Shown piece by piece: positions 40,769-52,819 of a stretch of 64,000 bases of DNA. Position 1 is the first letter of the stretch. Each line of letters opens with the position of its first letter. A program made the position numbers and the translations under genes. The DNA is from Mytilus edulis (lineage: Eukaryota): NCBI RefSeq assembly GCF_963676685.1, contig NC_092354.1:10602001-10666000 (forward strand). Direction: 5' to 3'. The notes beneath the pieces are model-generated. The model did not search any database and was not told the DNA's origin. It saw only the letters and a program-made list of their open reading frames with translations.

Positions 40769-42511
40769 ATGTTACACTATAGCCATGGTGGGGAGGAGAG
40801 GACAGGAACAGATACTTTTTCAGATACGGAAAATAAAGAGATTTTAACAGTGATCTCCCCTGAACAACCAACAGACAATTTAGGGATGTTCCATGGCGGA
40901 AAGGATAATAACGAAACAAATATGGGTTCTGATACTGACATCTACACTGAACAACCAACAGACAATTTTGAGATGTTCAACGGCGGACAGGATAATAATG
41001 AAACAAATATGGTTTCTGATACCGAAATTTCCACTGAACAACCAACAAACGATTTCGAGATGTTCCTCTTTGCACAAGACAAGACAGAAACAGATATGGT
41101 TTCTGATACCAAAATCTCCCATAAACATGATGAACAACCTAAAGACACATTAGAGACGTTCCACGACGGACAGGACAAGACAGAAAAAAATATGGTTTCT
41201 GATACTGAAATGTCCCCTGAACAATCCACCGACAAGTTAGATACGATACACCGCGAACAGGACAAGACAGAAACAAATATGTTGTCTGATCCTGAAAAGA
41301 AAAATAAACTGACATTCATCCCTCTTTATCAAACCAGTACAGACCAACTGATTGATAAGGCATATCAGACTTGTACAGACCAACTGATTGATAAGGCATA
41401 TCAGATTTGTACAGACCAACTGATTAATAAGGCATATCAGACTTGTACAGACCAACTCATTGAGAAGGCATATCAGACTTGTACAGACCAACTGATTGAT
41501 AAGGCATATCAGACTTGTACAGACCAAGTGATGGATAAGGCATTTCAGAAAAGTGAGAAAGTTGATACTGGTACTGAATGTGTTAATGAGTACCAGGGTA
41601 GTGTTTGTGGTAAAGGGTGCAAAACTAGTGCATATGGTAAAATGTGCCAATGTAACTTATGTAATAAAGGATGTGATCAGTCTTGCATTGTACATAAAGG
41701 CTACAAACCTTTTAAATGTGGTGTCTGTGACGTGGATTTCACTAGGAAGCAACACATAGAAATGCACATGAGAACACATACTGGTGCTAAACCATACAAA
41801 TGTGATTTATGCGATAATACTTATAGTCGGAGTCATCACTTACGGAATCATATGAGAACACATAACGGTGATAAACCATTCACATGTGATATATGTGATA
41901 AGACATTTGGTGAGCGTTCTCACATGCAGAAACACAGGAAAACACATACAGGCGAAAACCCGAGTAAAATATGTAAATGTGATGTATGTGAAAGGGAATT
42001 TAGTCTGCTCTCTGACTTAAAGAGACACATGAAGACACATACAGGTGATAAACCTCATAAATGTGAGTTATGTGATAAAGCTTTCTGTAGGAAGGAACAC
42101 TTACAATCCCACATGAGAACACATACTGGCGATAAACCTAATCAATGCGAGGAATGTGGTAAAGCTTTCACTAGAAAGGAAGGCTTACGAGTACACATGA
42201 GAACACATAGTGGCGAGAAACCGTTTGCATGTGATATTTGTGGTAGAAGTTTTACTTGTAACAACGACCTGAAAAGACATACACGCAGACATTTAAGACA
42301 TGATGAACATGGTGAAGGACCCTATAAATGTGATATGTGTGATAAAGATTTTATTCGGACATCCAACTTAAAAGTGCATAAAAGAACACATACTGGTGAA
42401 AAAACATTTTTGTGTGAGATATGTGGTCTGACATTTAGCCTCTCAATTTCTTATGCTTCACACGTTACAAAACATAAGGCTAAGAAGACCAAATTACTTA
42501 AATCAAATTAA
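40769..42511 (+). CDS. Tandem C2H2 zinc-finger protein, 580 aa; 9 canonical fingers and two families of N-terminal repeats
   Basis: Intact ORF with HTGDKP/HSGEKP linkers, about 5 EQPTDNFEMF...ETNMVSDTEIS repeats and 6 YQTCTDQLIDKA repeats. Confidence 0.95.
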   Translation: MLHYSHGGEERTGTDTFSDTENKEILTVISPEQPTDNLGMFHGGKDNNETNMGSDTDIYTEQPTDNFEMFNGGQDNNETNMVSDTEISTEQPTNDFEMFLFAQDKTETDMVSDTKISHKHDEQPKDTLETFHDGQDKTEKNMVSDTEMSPEQSTDKLDTIHREQDKTETNMLSDPEKKNKLTFIPLYQTSTDQLIDKAYQTCTDQLIDKAYQICTDQLINKAYQTCTDQLIEKAYQTCTDQLIDKAYQTCTDQVMDKAFQKSEKVDTGTECVNEYQGSVCGKGCKTSAYGKMCQCNLCNKGCDQSCIVHKGYKPFKCGVCDVDFTRKQHIEMHMRTHTGAKPYKCDLCDNTYSRSHHLRNHMRTHNGDKPFTCDICDKTFGERSHMQKHRKTHTGENPSKICKCDVCEREFSLLSDLKRHMKTHTGDKPHKCELCDKAFCRKEHLQSHMRTHTGDKPNQCEECGKAFTRKEGLRVHMRTHSGEKPFACDICGRSFTCNNDLKRHTRRHLRHDEHGEGPYKCDMCDKDFIRTSNLKVHKRTHTGEKTFLCEICGLTFSLSISYASHVTKHKAKKTKLLKSN

Positions 42512-43099
42512 GCAAAACAAGCAATTCATATATATAGAATGTACGTTTAGCTGAATCTCCACCCTATATACATATAATTTTAAAGAAGGAAACTTTAAAG
42601 ACATTGAACTTTTGTATTGCCTTACTTTATTAATAAACGTTTGAAAAATATTATTAGCAATTAAGGGAATACTTATATTAGTCTGAGCGTCAGTGGGATT
42701 AATTTAAACATATATGTATTCATAGTCGATTTAGAAACAAGTTATTACAACTTATATTAATAATAAACCCCTTTTCACTGTGCTTGGTGCGAATGTTGCC
42801 TTGTATACTTGCTAAAATGTTCAGGGTTCGACCGATGCAGGAAATTCAGGTTTGCTGTCACTCTAGAATTTTGTTGCAATACAATAATTTTTTATCTGGT
42901 AGGGGACTATGTATTGCCTTGCAGTACTCTCAGAATTCCTGTACTTCTAATTTGCGTCCTGAAACGAACTGTTATTTATATGCATTATTGCCTTTGTCCC
43001 AGATTTTCATTTATAGGTAGATCTTTTAATTTGAATCGGTCTTTGTTTGTAATGAACATTGCTGAATACCAAGCACAGAGCCATCATGGCAAGCTTTGA

Positions 43100-43350
43100 A
43101 ATGTTGTCTGTCTAAAAGTATAATGTATCCATCCATGACAAAACATCAGTATATACACAGCAAAATAAACATACACACCGATATATAGAAAATGCGGTAT
43201 CCATGGACACAAATAAGAAGACGTCGGCAATGAGAGATGCACAGTTTGTTCCCATAGAAATGTCGACAACTTTTTTTCTTATAATAATTCTACCTCCAAA
43301 TTCACCAATTATGTTGTCAATAAGAGATTCCAGCATACTGATCACTTGTT
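43100..43350 (-). mobile_element. Penelope-like reverse transcriptase fragment
   Basis: MLESLIDNIIGEFGGRI...ISMGTNCASLIADVFLF is a degenerate RT 'G.PMG.N.AP.LA.LFL' motif. Confidence 0.75.
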
Positions 43351-45883
43351 TCTATGTGTAGCATTTTTTCTTTTTTTTTCAATATTTTCGAAAGTACAGT
43401 AAGACGAGTTTATGACGTCAAATTGTCTGGTTGTAGCACGTTCACGTTTCCTGTTTGCAGTATTCTAATGGGTTGATTCTGTTTTTTATTCCTGAGTCTT
43501 GGCAATATGGAGATACAACATTTTTTTACTTATTTAAGTGTGGCCAAGGATAGTAGAACTGTTTTACAAGAACAAATAATAATAAAAACATGAAAATAAA
43601 TCAAAATTTCGCTTTCTGAAATTCGTGAGATCTCAATAATTCGATATTTTTAATAACCATTGGTAAATCAGGTGTTGATTTTTTCAGAAGAGAAAGCAGT
43701 ATAATAAGCATGACTAGGAGTTGTGTGAGGGTCAAACATGATTTGGTAAAAAAAAAATCTACAAAATGAGTGTTGCGTTTTTAAAGTCAGTCAGTATATC
43801 TGAAAACATTGAAAGAAAATTTTACACAGGTGCCCATTAGAGCATGTAAATGTTGTGCTATTTCGTCTATTAGTGACAGTTTGTTTCTCCTATGTCCAAA
43901 AACAATCTGTATTTGTCCTAGTATTTGTTATGTTTTATATATCAGTCGTTTGATTAAGGAGAAAGTATGGTAGAACCACTTTTAAAGTACAATAATGTGA
44001 AAAGTCAAATATAGATAAATTAAGCAAATGACAAGGTTTAAAACAAAGAAGCAAAAGATACAAAAGGGACATTCAAAATCATAAGTTATAAATAAATTGA
44101 CAACACCATGGTAAAAAATAAATAAATGAAAAGACATACAAGGATAAACAAAAAATAACGTAGGAAACCACAAAAAAAACCGTGGCTGTTGTCATGTGTT
44201 TTTTAAAGGCATTCGTATGTGGTGATCGATATTTATATTTTGATTGTCCTCGCTAAAACAAAAAACATAATTTTTCATTCGCACACATTTTTATTAGCAA
44301 AATGATCCCCTCGAAAACTTGTTGTTTTTGCCTAGAGCCAATCATTCATCACAATAATGTATTTTTTTTACAAATTGCGTATGTGTAATGTGCAGTGCAT
44401 GGTACATCACCATTAGATGACGCATCTGGTTATAACCACATGTTTTATACTTGACTATAATATTTTGATAAGTTCAAAACGCTGTTAGAAGGTATTGTAT
44501 TTACGTTAAACTGGTCAACATAAAATGTGGAAAGCTGGGATTCTGATACTTTGTGCAATTCAATTTGTACATGTAAGTTTGTTTAGTACTTATATCATTA
44601 TTGGTATATTTATTCTTTTTTTCTATAAAACACCGGATTTTTTATACTGACGCAGAGTAGTTTATTTTATTAATCTGTTTATATATTTTCAGAAGATATG
44701 AGCAACTCGCTAGTGAAACCTATTCACGTCACATGTCCATTGCGATTACATGATTATACAATTAACTTAGTTGTATTTGGTTAAACTTATTGAAATTTTT
44801 GGTCCTCAATGCTCTTCAACTTTGTACTTTATTTGGCCTTTTTAACATTTTTGATTCGAGCGTCACTGATAAGTCTTTTTTTTAGACGAAACGTGCTTCT
44901 GGCGTACATATACAATTTTAATCATGTTATCTACGATAAGTTTATTTATTCAATTGAAATGATACATTTTTATAGAAATCATAGTACATGTATCCATGTT
45001 GGAAAATAAGTCTGACCTCGGAAGAAAACATACATGACGTCAAACTGGTATATGCAAAATACTAGATCAACTATTCTCGGAATCTTTAATCTTTAAGTCA
45101 ACACAGTGCAATTGATGATAAAAAAAAACTCTCAGCAGAAGTCATACAGACAAAAACTACTTTTCAAAAAATGCAGTTGGTGTAATTTTTTTTTTATATT
45201 ATAAATTTTCCTGATTCTTCCTGTTTTTTTCCAACTTCGTTATGGTTTACACAAAAATGTACAATTGAAGTGTACAGTGTATCGTTCGAAATTTGTCGAA
45301 TGACGTCGAATTGTATGCGATAATTATCGGAATCAGTTAATATAAAACGGTAGAATTGTAAGCGATAATTACCGAAATCAGTCCCCTTTGGTATCTTTCG
45401 TCTCTCTTTTTTGATATAAAATGGTAGCAGTTGACAGAAAAAAAAGCATATCCCAAGGCTTTAATCCTTCTTAGAATTAACTGCATTTTTTGCCTTGACG
45501 TTTCGTTTATTACCACGTACATTTAATCATTCATATTTTTTTTATTTCAGCAAACAAAATCAGCAAAACGTGAGAATATATGTATATATATATATATCAA
45601 TATATATCAACGATATTTATAGTTTTCTTACCATTAACCAATCAATTAAGTAAACAATGATGAAAGACAGACAACACCCGAATTATTCTTTGCATATTTT
45701 TTTTCTATCAAATTCATTACCAGCTTGTGATTTTCAATTTGTTTGAAAAGGTCAGGTTATTTTAAAATCTGTCCAGAACATAATTCAATAAGCTACAAAT
45801 GTACGTAATACACATATGAAATGAGAAGGGTGCCAGTTTACAGCTTAGCGAAGCAAGAATCAGTTAGATCCTGTCAATCACTA

Positions 45884-46088
45884 CTGTGGATTCATCATTA
45901 TTCGTTGGAAAAATGTTCGTGGGTTTCGTGGGTACAGGTGAACCACAAATTTAAATCTCAAACGAATTATAAACTTAATATAGGCTTTGTATGCAGATTG
46001 ACTATACCACGAAAATTAATATCCACGAAAATGTATGTATTCCTCAACCTACAAAATTTGATACCTACGAAAATAAATGAATCCACAG
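45884..46088. mobile_element. Tc1/mariner-type MITE (CTGTGG...CCACAG, TA TSD)
   Basis: TIRs and TA flanks; same family as 17649-17857. Confidence 0.8.
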
Positions 46089-47032
46089 TATGGCTTTTAA
46101 GATTTCTAAATATGCAGAGGAACGACAAAAATTGGATTCATACATTCTTTATCTTTTTAAGTAAGGTCATTTTTAAGGTCTGTCTCACTTAACATTATAC
46201 AATTTAATTTCGACAACACAGTCTCTCCTTTAACAAAGAGGTGAATGATGTTTGTTTAGTTAGTTTCTTTTTTATATATTATCTGGATTTGATGCGTAGT
46301 TTAATTTGTAGGCGATTTCCAGAAACAACATGCGCGGAGATGTTCATAAGAGTTTGTGTTTGTAATGTTATTTCAATATCGTTATGTCAAGGTAGATTAC
46401 AGATTAGCATATCAATATGAGTGATATACAATTGATTTATATATGCTGAATATACGATCACTGTAAACAACCGCGGAAAACAGAGAAAAAAAAATATAAT
46501 TGTGATATTACTGTCACTCAAAAATATAAAGATTGGAATGATTGGTTGACAATGGTTAGTAAATGTAGATTTTAAATGCATTTTCTATTTTAGCATGTCC
46601 TATAGTTGCATGCAAGTGTCGATATGGAACTTATCTTGTTATCGTGAGATGTGTCGATGCAAGGCAAGTAAGTGAAGATTTCTATGCATGCAATTACCAA
46701 CATTTGATTTTTTCCTTCAGAACCGCAATATTACCAAGTTTAAACAAATTGAACAAGAAGGGTTTTAGTTGATATCAACTTGAAATAGCAACATTTTCGT
46801 ACATGGCTATTTGATTATTATATTCAATTGCCATATTTCTTTTTTAGCACACAAAAACCAACAAATTAAATGCTATCACCCTTGTGTTGTCCAGACGCTA
46901 AAAAAGAACGATCAACTTTCGACAGTTCTTGCTTAAAAAAAGCCTAGTCATTAAACAATTTACAATAAATATGCTTTTGTAGCACCAAAACATGGTTCCT
47001 TTTTAAAAATTCTTAAAAAAAGCACCTAAATA

Positions 47033-47645
47033 AATAAAAATGGAAATGGGGAATGTATCAAAGAGACAAAAACCCGATCACAGAAAAAACAACAGCAGAA
47101 GATCACAAACAGGTCTTCAATGTAACGAGAAGTTCCCGCACCTGGAGGTGTCCTTCAGCTGGCCCCTATACAACTATATACTAGTTCAGTGATAATGAAC
47201 GTCATACTTATTTCCAAACTGTACACAATAAACTTAAATTAAAATAATACAAGACTAACAAAGACCAGAGACTTGGGACAGGTGCAAAAATGCGGCGGGG
47301 TTAAACATGTTTATGAGATCTCAACCCTATTCCTAAACCTCTAGCCAATGTAGAAAAGTAAATGCAAAACAATACGCACATTTAAAATACAATTCAAGAA
47401 AAGTCCGTGTCTGATGTCAGAAGATGTAACCAAAGAAAATAAACAAAATGACAACAAAACATAAATAGCAACAGACTACTAGAAGTTAACTGACATGCCA
47501 GCTCCAGACTTCAATTAAACTGATTTGAAGATTATGATTTCATCGTATGAATATCAGACACAATCCTACTCTTTATGGGTTTAGTATCATACCATCATAA
47601 CATATATGAGAAGAACATAACCCGTGTCATGCCAACAACTGGTTG
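47033..47645. repeat. Long copy of the SINE-like GGAAATGGGGAATG repeat family
   Basis: Shares sequence with the copies at 28046, 40011 and 4545-4690. Confidence 0.65.
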
Positions 47646-48626
47646 GCCTGACATGTTAAGAACATCTAGGTCAATTTTAATCAGATAGAAATTCATGACA
47701 TAAATATTAAAACACACTGTACATGCTGTATAACAACTTCAAACAAAATAAAAGGCTGATAGGTGATAGAAAATTCCATAATAATTGATTCTATGACAGA
47801 TATTAAATCAACTTAATATTAAGATACATATATAAAAGACGACCATCTATGAATTAGTATCAGCTGAACACATTCGATTAATTTGTTTGACTATAATTTC
47901 AAATTTTGAAACAGATTTAAACTTTCTGCTTATTTGTATACAAAACATGGGTGATTCATTGCATTATTCAAACTGTTTAAACCAAACTTAATATTTTTGT
48001 TGTTTTTAACTTGGAGGAAAGATAATTATTATAGCAAATAAGATATACTGGAATGAAAGAGAAATTTTGCTTTTTGCTTGTACAAGATTTAGAATGAGAA
48101 CAAACTCCCATATTTCCATTTTCCATTTTATATTCAAAGTTGAGCCTATATCATTTGTATAAATTTACAGGACTAGCATGACCCCCAGTTTGTGCAATAA
48201 CATATGCATTTTGACAAGTGTGTGATGACTTTAATGCACACATTTGTCCATCATAGATTTTAATCACGAGAAGAATGAATAAAGAAAATAGTACTCAAGT
48301 TGTGCAAATATGAATAAGAAGATGTGGTACGAGTGCAAATAAGACAATCCAAATCACAATGTATAAAAGGTTAATAATTATAGATTAAAGTACCACTTCA
48401 ACGTGGGACATTGGCTCTCACCGAACAGCAATCTATGTTTCTTTATAAAGGGTGCAAAAATAACTGCAATGACCCCAAAATAACTTGTGCATTAACCATG
48501 TCAATATGTATTTTTTTGTTTACATGTATCCCTCACACATCATACATGTAATTTTGTATGTACCCCTCATACATCATACATGTACTTTTGTATGAGTCTC
48601 TCATACATCATACATGTTCTTTTCAG

Positions 48627-48746
48627 TATGTCCAGGTAATGTGAATTCGTTATCAATTACCTGTGGCGACGGTATACAGAGATGCCCTGGACATTACACA
48701 TGTATAACACATCCAGGAAGCAAAAAAGGGATGTGCTGTCCTATTG
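48627..48746 (+). CDS. Lustrin cysteine-rich (WR1-like) domain exon of gene A
   Basis: CP...C...CP.HY.C...G.CCP six-Cys pattern; 120-nt phase 1-1 exon. Confidence 0.75.
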
Positions 48747-51173
48747 GTAGGTATCAATCAAATTTTTGAATTGACAGCAATTAACCAAAGTACCAAACAA
48801 TCTGACATTGTAAAATTGACTTTCTAAATTCACTCATTCTGAAATCATATCTTTTTTGAGCTATTTCAACTGCCAAATAATCTGGAATTTTGTACGATCT
48901 ATTTATAATTCAGTAGTTTCAGCTGATTCAGACCAGTAAAGCCTAAATTTGAGGGTCTATAATATTAGAGACAGGTCGAGACCAGTTCAGACTACACGCG
49001 GATCATGAAGTACTGGATAAGACTTATTAAGTAAATTCGAGATCAAAGTCGAGTACAGTTAAGTAGAGTGAAGTACTGTCGAGATAATGTCGAAACCAGT
49101 CGAGTATTATCTGTGCTCGATTTTTTTCTGAATGAGCACAAAATGTGGTCTTTGCAAACCCTGAGCAGTTTGTAGATACCTTCAATGTGGATTGCTTCAG
49201 AAAATAGCTTTAACTGTGGTAACTCTCTTGAATACAATAGAATCTCTTTTGGTATACTATGATGAGTTTGATAATTGTTCAGGAGCTATAAGCTAGCTGA
49301 AGGACGCTTCCGGGTGCGGGAGTTTCACGTTGCATTGTATACCTATTGGTGAGCTTCTGCTGTTGTGTGTTCTATGGTCTAGTTGCTGTCTCTTTGATAC
49401 ATTCCCCGTTTCCATCCTTAATTTTATTGTTTTCTGAAAATATATCTATCAATACTAACAAACACTAATCCATATTTTACATTTTAGGAAAACCTTATAT
49501 CCCACTGAGTGGTTGATGCCCTAGAGAAAATGGTTACCATCAATAATATGTAAATCCTACTCATTGCTGTAGACAACAACAAATTACATTTTAAATTTTT
49601 CTAATATCTAGATATTCATAAAAACTTCATGAATGTTGATGTTCTTAATTTTTTCAGTCCATAGTCATCCGTTCGGCTTTCAACAATGTAAAAAAACTTA
49701 AACCGCATTGTAGGCTGTAAAAGACCCCAATATGAAAAAAAATATGAAATCTTCACCAATCTAATATTGACTCTAAAAAAGGATTTGTCTCCTTTTGTAG
49801 TTTAGTATTAATCAAACAGTTGTACATTAAATATTGTAAGAACAAATTGCATCTCCTATTTTAATACATTCGTCATTGTGAGCAGTGTTGAAGTATACAT
49901 TTACCTTAAAATATGGTGGTTTGTGTTCTCTAGCATGTCCATTTTTCAATGCAAAATACTGGATGAATGACTAGGTTGAATCAAGTAAAATTTATACTTA
50001 TATGCAGTATAAGCAGAATTTTAAATATCCAACCATAAACAAAATGTAATAGTATACGTTTCGACAACTGATGTTGTCTATAATGTCAAACGACAAATAT
50101 TCCAAGTATATTAAGAGAATAAAACAATGACCAATGAATTTAATGACAAACATGTATTCAGAAAGGCCATTGCTATTTGGTTAGACAGTATATACTGATT
50201 TGAGAACAATATCGCCTTTCAGCAGACCGCTTGTTTGAGTTCTTACACGCATAGAGAGCTGGAAACTCTTCAATTAAAAAGATCGAATTTTACCTCTCGA
50301 CTTTTTACAATTAATGGTTTTGTCTTTGACCAACTTTAAAAAAGAAACCGGCGTCTTTATTTTGCATAGAGAGACGAAAGATCCGGTGACAATATCTGTA
50401 AACTACATTCTGCTCTTTGAGTCCAAAATGCAAACGCCACGTATTTTCGTTTGTATTTCTTAACCACTAAAACTCGTTTATGAGATATGTATGCTATTGT
50501 TTTATCCGATTCATATCTTATGCATATGTAAGAACAGATTTAAAAGATAATGATATAAGTAAAGGTATGTGTTATTTATCATAATAATTGCTATATATCC
50601 TTCAACATAATTCACTTCAGGTAAGTTTGACAAATAAAATATAAATACGTAACATTTTCTTATTTGATTTCATTTGTATACAGGACATGATAGTAATAAT
50701 ATATAGTTGTTGACAATAATGTTGACAACGTGGCTTATGCAGATGTTACTAGATCCGTGTTTACCACTGTTATTAAGGAGACGTCGTCAATAACATGAAT
50801 TGTTTTTTTCCGACATTTCTAAGATTGATAACAAAAATTAAAAGAAACAGACTCAATATTGAATTAAAGTATATCACTTGTAAAAGATAAAAGAGTCGAA
50901 TACTCATATAAAACATAGCGTATAGTAATACTAATAGTAGATTATTATACCTTCTGTAAACATGTCCTTTTATAGTAAAGTTGCTCTATCTTTGCATAGT
51001 GTTTTAAAGAAATATATAGCGTTAACTGCACTATGTGAAAATAGTATGCCTTGCTGTTGTAATAGACTATTGATTTCCATGTCAATCATTGTCAATTTCA
51101 AGTGCAAAGTCAGAGCTTAGTTGTTTTGACAGACAAGGGGGTAGGATTGATAAGCATAACAATTAAAAAACTA

Positions 51174-51587
51174 CACAGCTAATTTTGCATAGGTACTATT
51201 ACTGTACTAAAATTATGTAGTACTGGAAATTTGCTTTTGATATTTAGTACTTTACTCTAAAATTATTGAAATATTTAGGTACTTGTATTTTACAGTACTT
51301 GATTTGTACTAAAAATTTTGGTACAGAAATAATACAATATTCCATGTTTGAAATTCATAATTTTAAGAGATTTGAAATAGAAAAACTTTCAAAATGCTGA
51401 AAGTGTAACGGTCGTAACCAAAATTCTGTAGTACCTAAATCTCAGGTACAAATTAAGTACTGTAAAATACAGGTACCTAAATATTACAATAATTTTAAAG
51501 CACCAAAATAGTACTGAATTTTAAAAGTAAATTTCCGGTACTACATATTTTTAGTACAGAAATAGTACCTATGCAAAAGTAGCTGTG
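51174..51587. mobile_element. Foldback MITE with CACAGC...GCTGTG termini and TA TSD
   Basis: TA|CACAGCTAATTTTGCATAGGTACTATT ... AATAGTACCTATGCAAAAGTAGCTGTG|TA with long inverted arms. Confidence 0.85.
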
Positions 51588-52576
51588 TATTACAATTGAA
51601 CAATCAGGGAAAATAGTAAAACTATATGCATTTAAATTTTTCTGACATTTTAAGAGACTTTAAAATACTGTAGTTTCTGTTTGAACGTTTTTTTATCTGT
51701 GTTTACTTCTGCTTAATGTTGTTGGAGCCAAAAATTGTTTAATACTTTAGAAGGCATTTGTTACAGATAAATAGATATGATGCGATATCATTGTATATTG
51801 TAAATTATTGACTTTAATATGAGTATTGTTTTTTTACTGCAACTAAAATTAATAAAATGATAGCTTTCTTGTCAAGTTTATTTTTATCCCTTAATGGACC
51901 TCCGATTGTGGAAAAATTATTCCATGATGAAATTGACAGTTTACATTTAAATACACTGCTGTCACTTTTCAAAATAGTGAACAGTCAGTATAATAATGAT
52001 ATTAATGTTGAATTTTACATTGACTATCCCCTTAGGGTCCTGAACTATTTTCTCTGACCCTGGCAACTATTTTCGCATAGACAATGTTAAACACAACATT
52101 ATTATATAAATATCCCTAACGTTTATGCTATACTATTGTAAGCGTCATTCTATTCCCAATAATGAGCATGATGAGAGACTATTACAAAATTATCATAAAC
52201 AATATTTTACATAATTTTTAAACTATTTGAAAAAACAAAGCAAGATTACAAGATTAGATTACAAGAAAATGAATTTAACATTTTGTATGTAGACGACTTG
52301 TTGTTTTATGATCAAAAAGTCAAATGCAGTCGTTTATGCAACGTAAAATATTATGTTATGACGCTTGTCGTTTGCTGTATGAACTACTTAAAATGTCCGT
52401 TTTTATTTAAATATTTGCCAAAATTTATATTCGCGTTATTTTTTTACTCGCGAAAGTTGCAAAGATAATCTGTAGCAAAAACTATTTGATTTACAATACT
52501 CGTTTGTTTTACACGACTCGTTGCTGTATGAACTACTTATCTTTTTCAGACGACTCGGTGTTTGTTATATGAACTA

Positions 52577-52800
52577 CTGTAAACCAACTTATTTTAGCGG
52601 TTACTTTATTTCGCGTTTTACCATTTTTGATTATTAGCACTTTTTGCAGCGATGTGTTTCGCGATTTCCTAATTGTTTCATGGTGTTAAGTAAGACAATA
52701 TTCGATTATTGTGCATATTCGCTACAATTAATATTCGCGTGAGTTTTCTACTTGCTTAAGCTGCGAAGATAATCTCTAGCGAAAATAAGTTGGTTTACAG
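52577..52800. mobile_element. Tc1/mariner-type MITE (CTGTAAACCAACTTATTTT TIR, TA TSD)
   Basis: TA|CTGTAAACCAACTTATTTT ... AAAATAAGTTGGTTTACAG|TA. Confidence 0.85.
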
Positions 52801-52819
52801 TATTCGTTTGTTTTACACA

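Larger units (their letters stand above)
44525..49516 (+). pseudogene. Small secreted cysteine-rich gene A (antistasin-like + Lustrin/WR1 Cys domain); exons 44525-44572, 45551-45569, 46594-46667, 48627-48746, 49488-49516; frameshift in exon 3
   Basis: MWKAGILILCAIQFVH|QTKSAK|PCPIVACKCRYGTYLVIV../EMCRCKA|ICPGNVNSLSITCGDGIQRCPGHYTCITHPGSKKGMCCPI|GKPYIPLSG*. Splice sites are clean GT-AG. Exon 3 is 74 nt (not 3n), against 87 nt in the paralog. Confidence 0.7.

Noticed and set aside
40752-41759. Several overlapping or antisense ORFs in the second ZNF gene
   Set aside because: Alternate-frame artefacts of the coding repeats.
44693-44712. Possible extra microexon in gene A after TTTTCAG
   Set aside because: Weak donor and no counterpart in paralog B. 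A 20-nt exon would shift the frame before the conserved exons.
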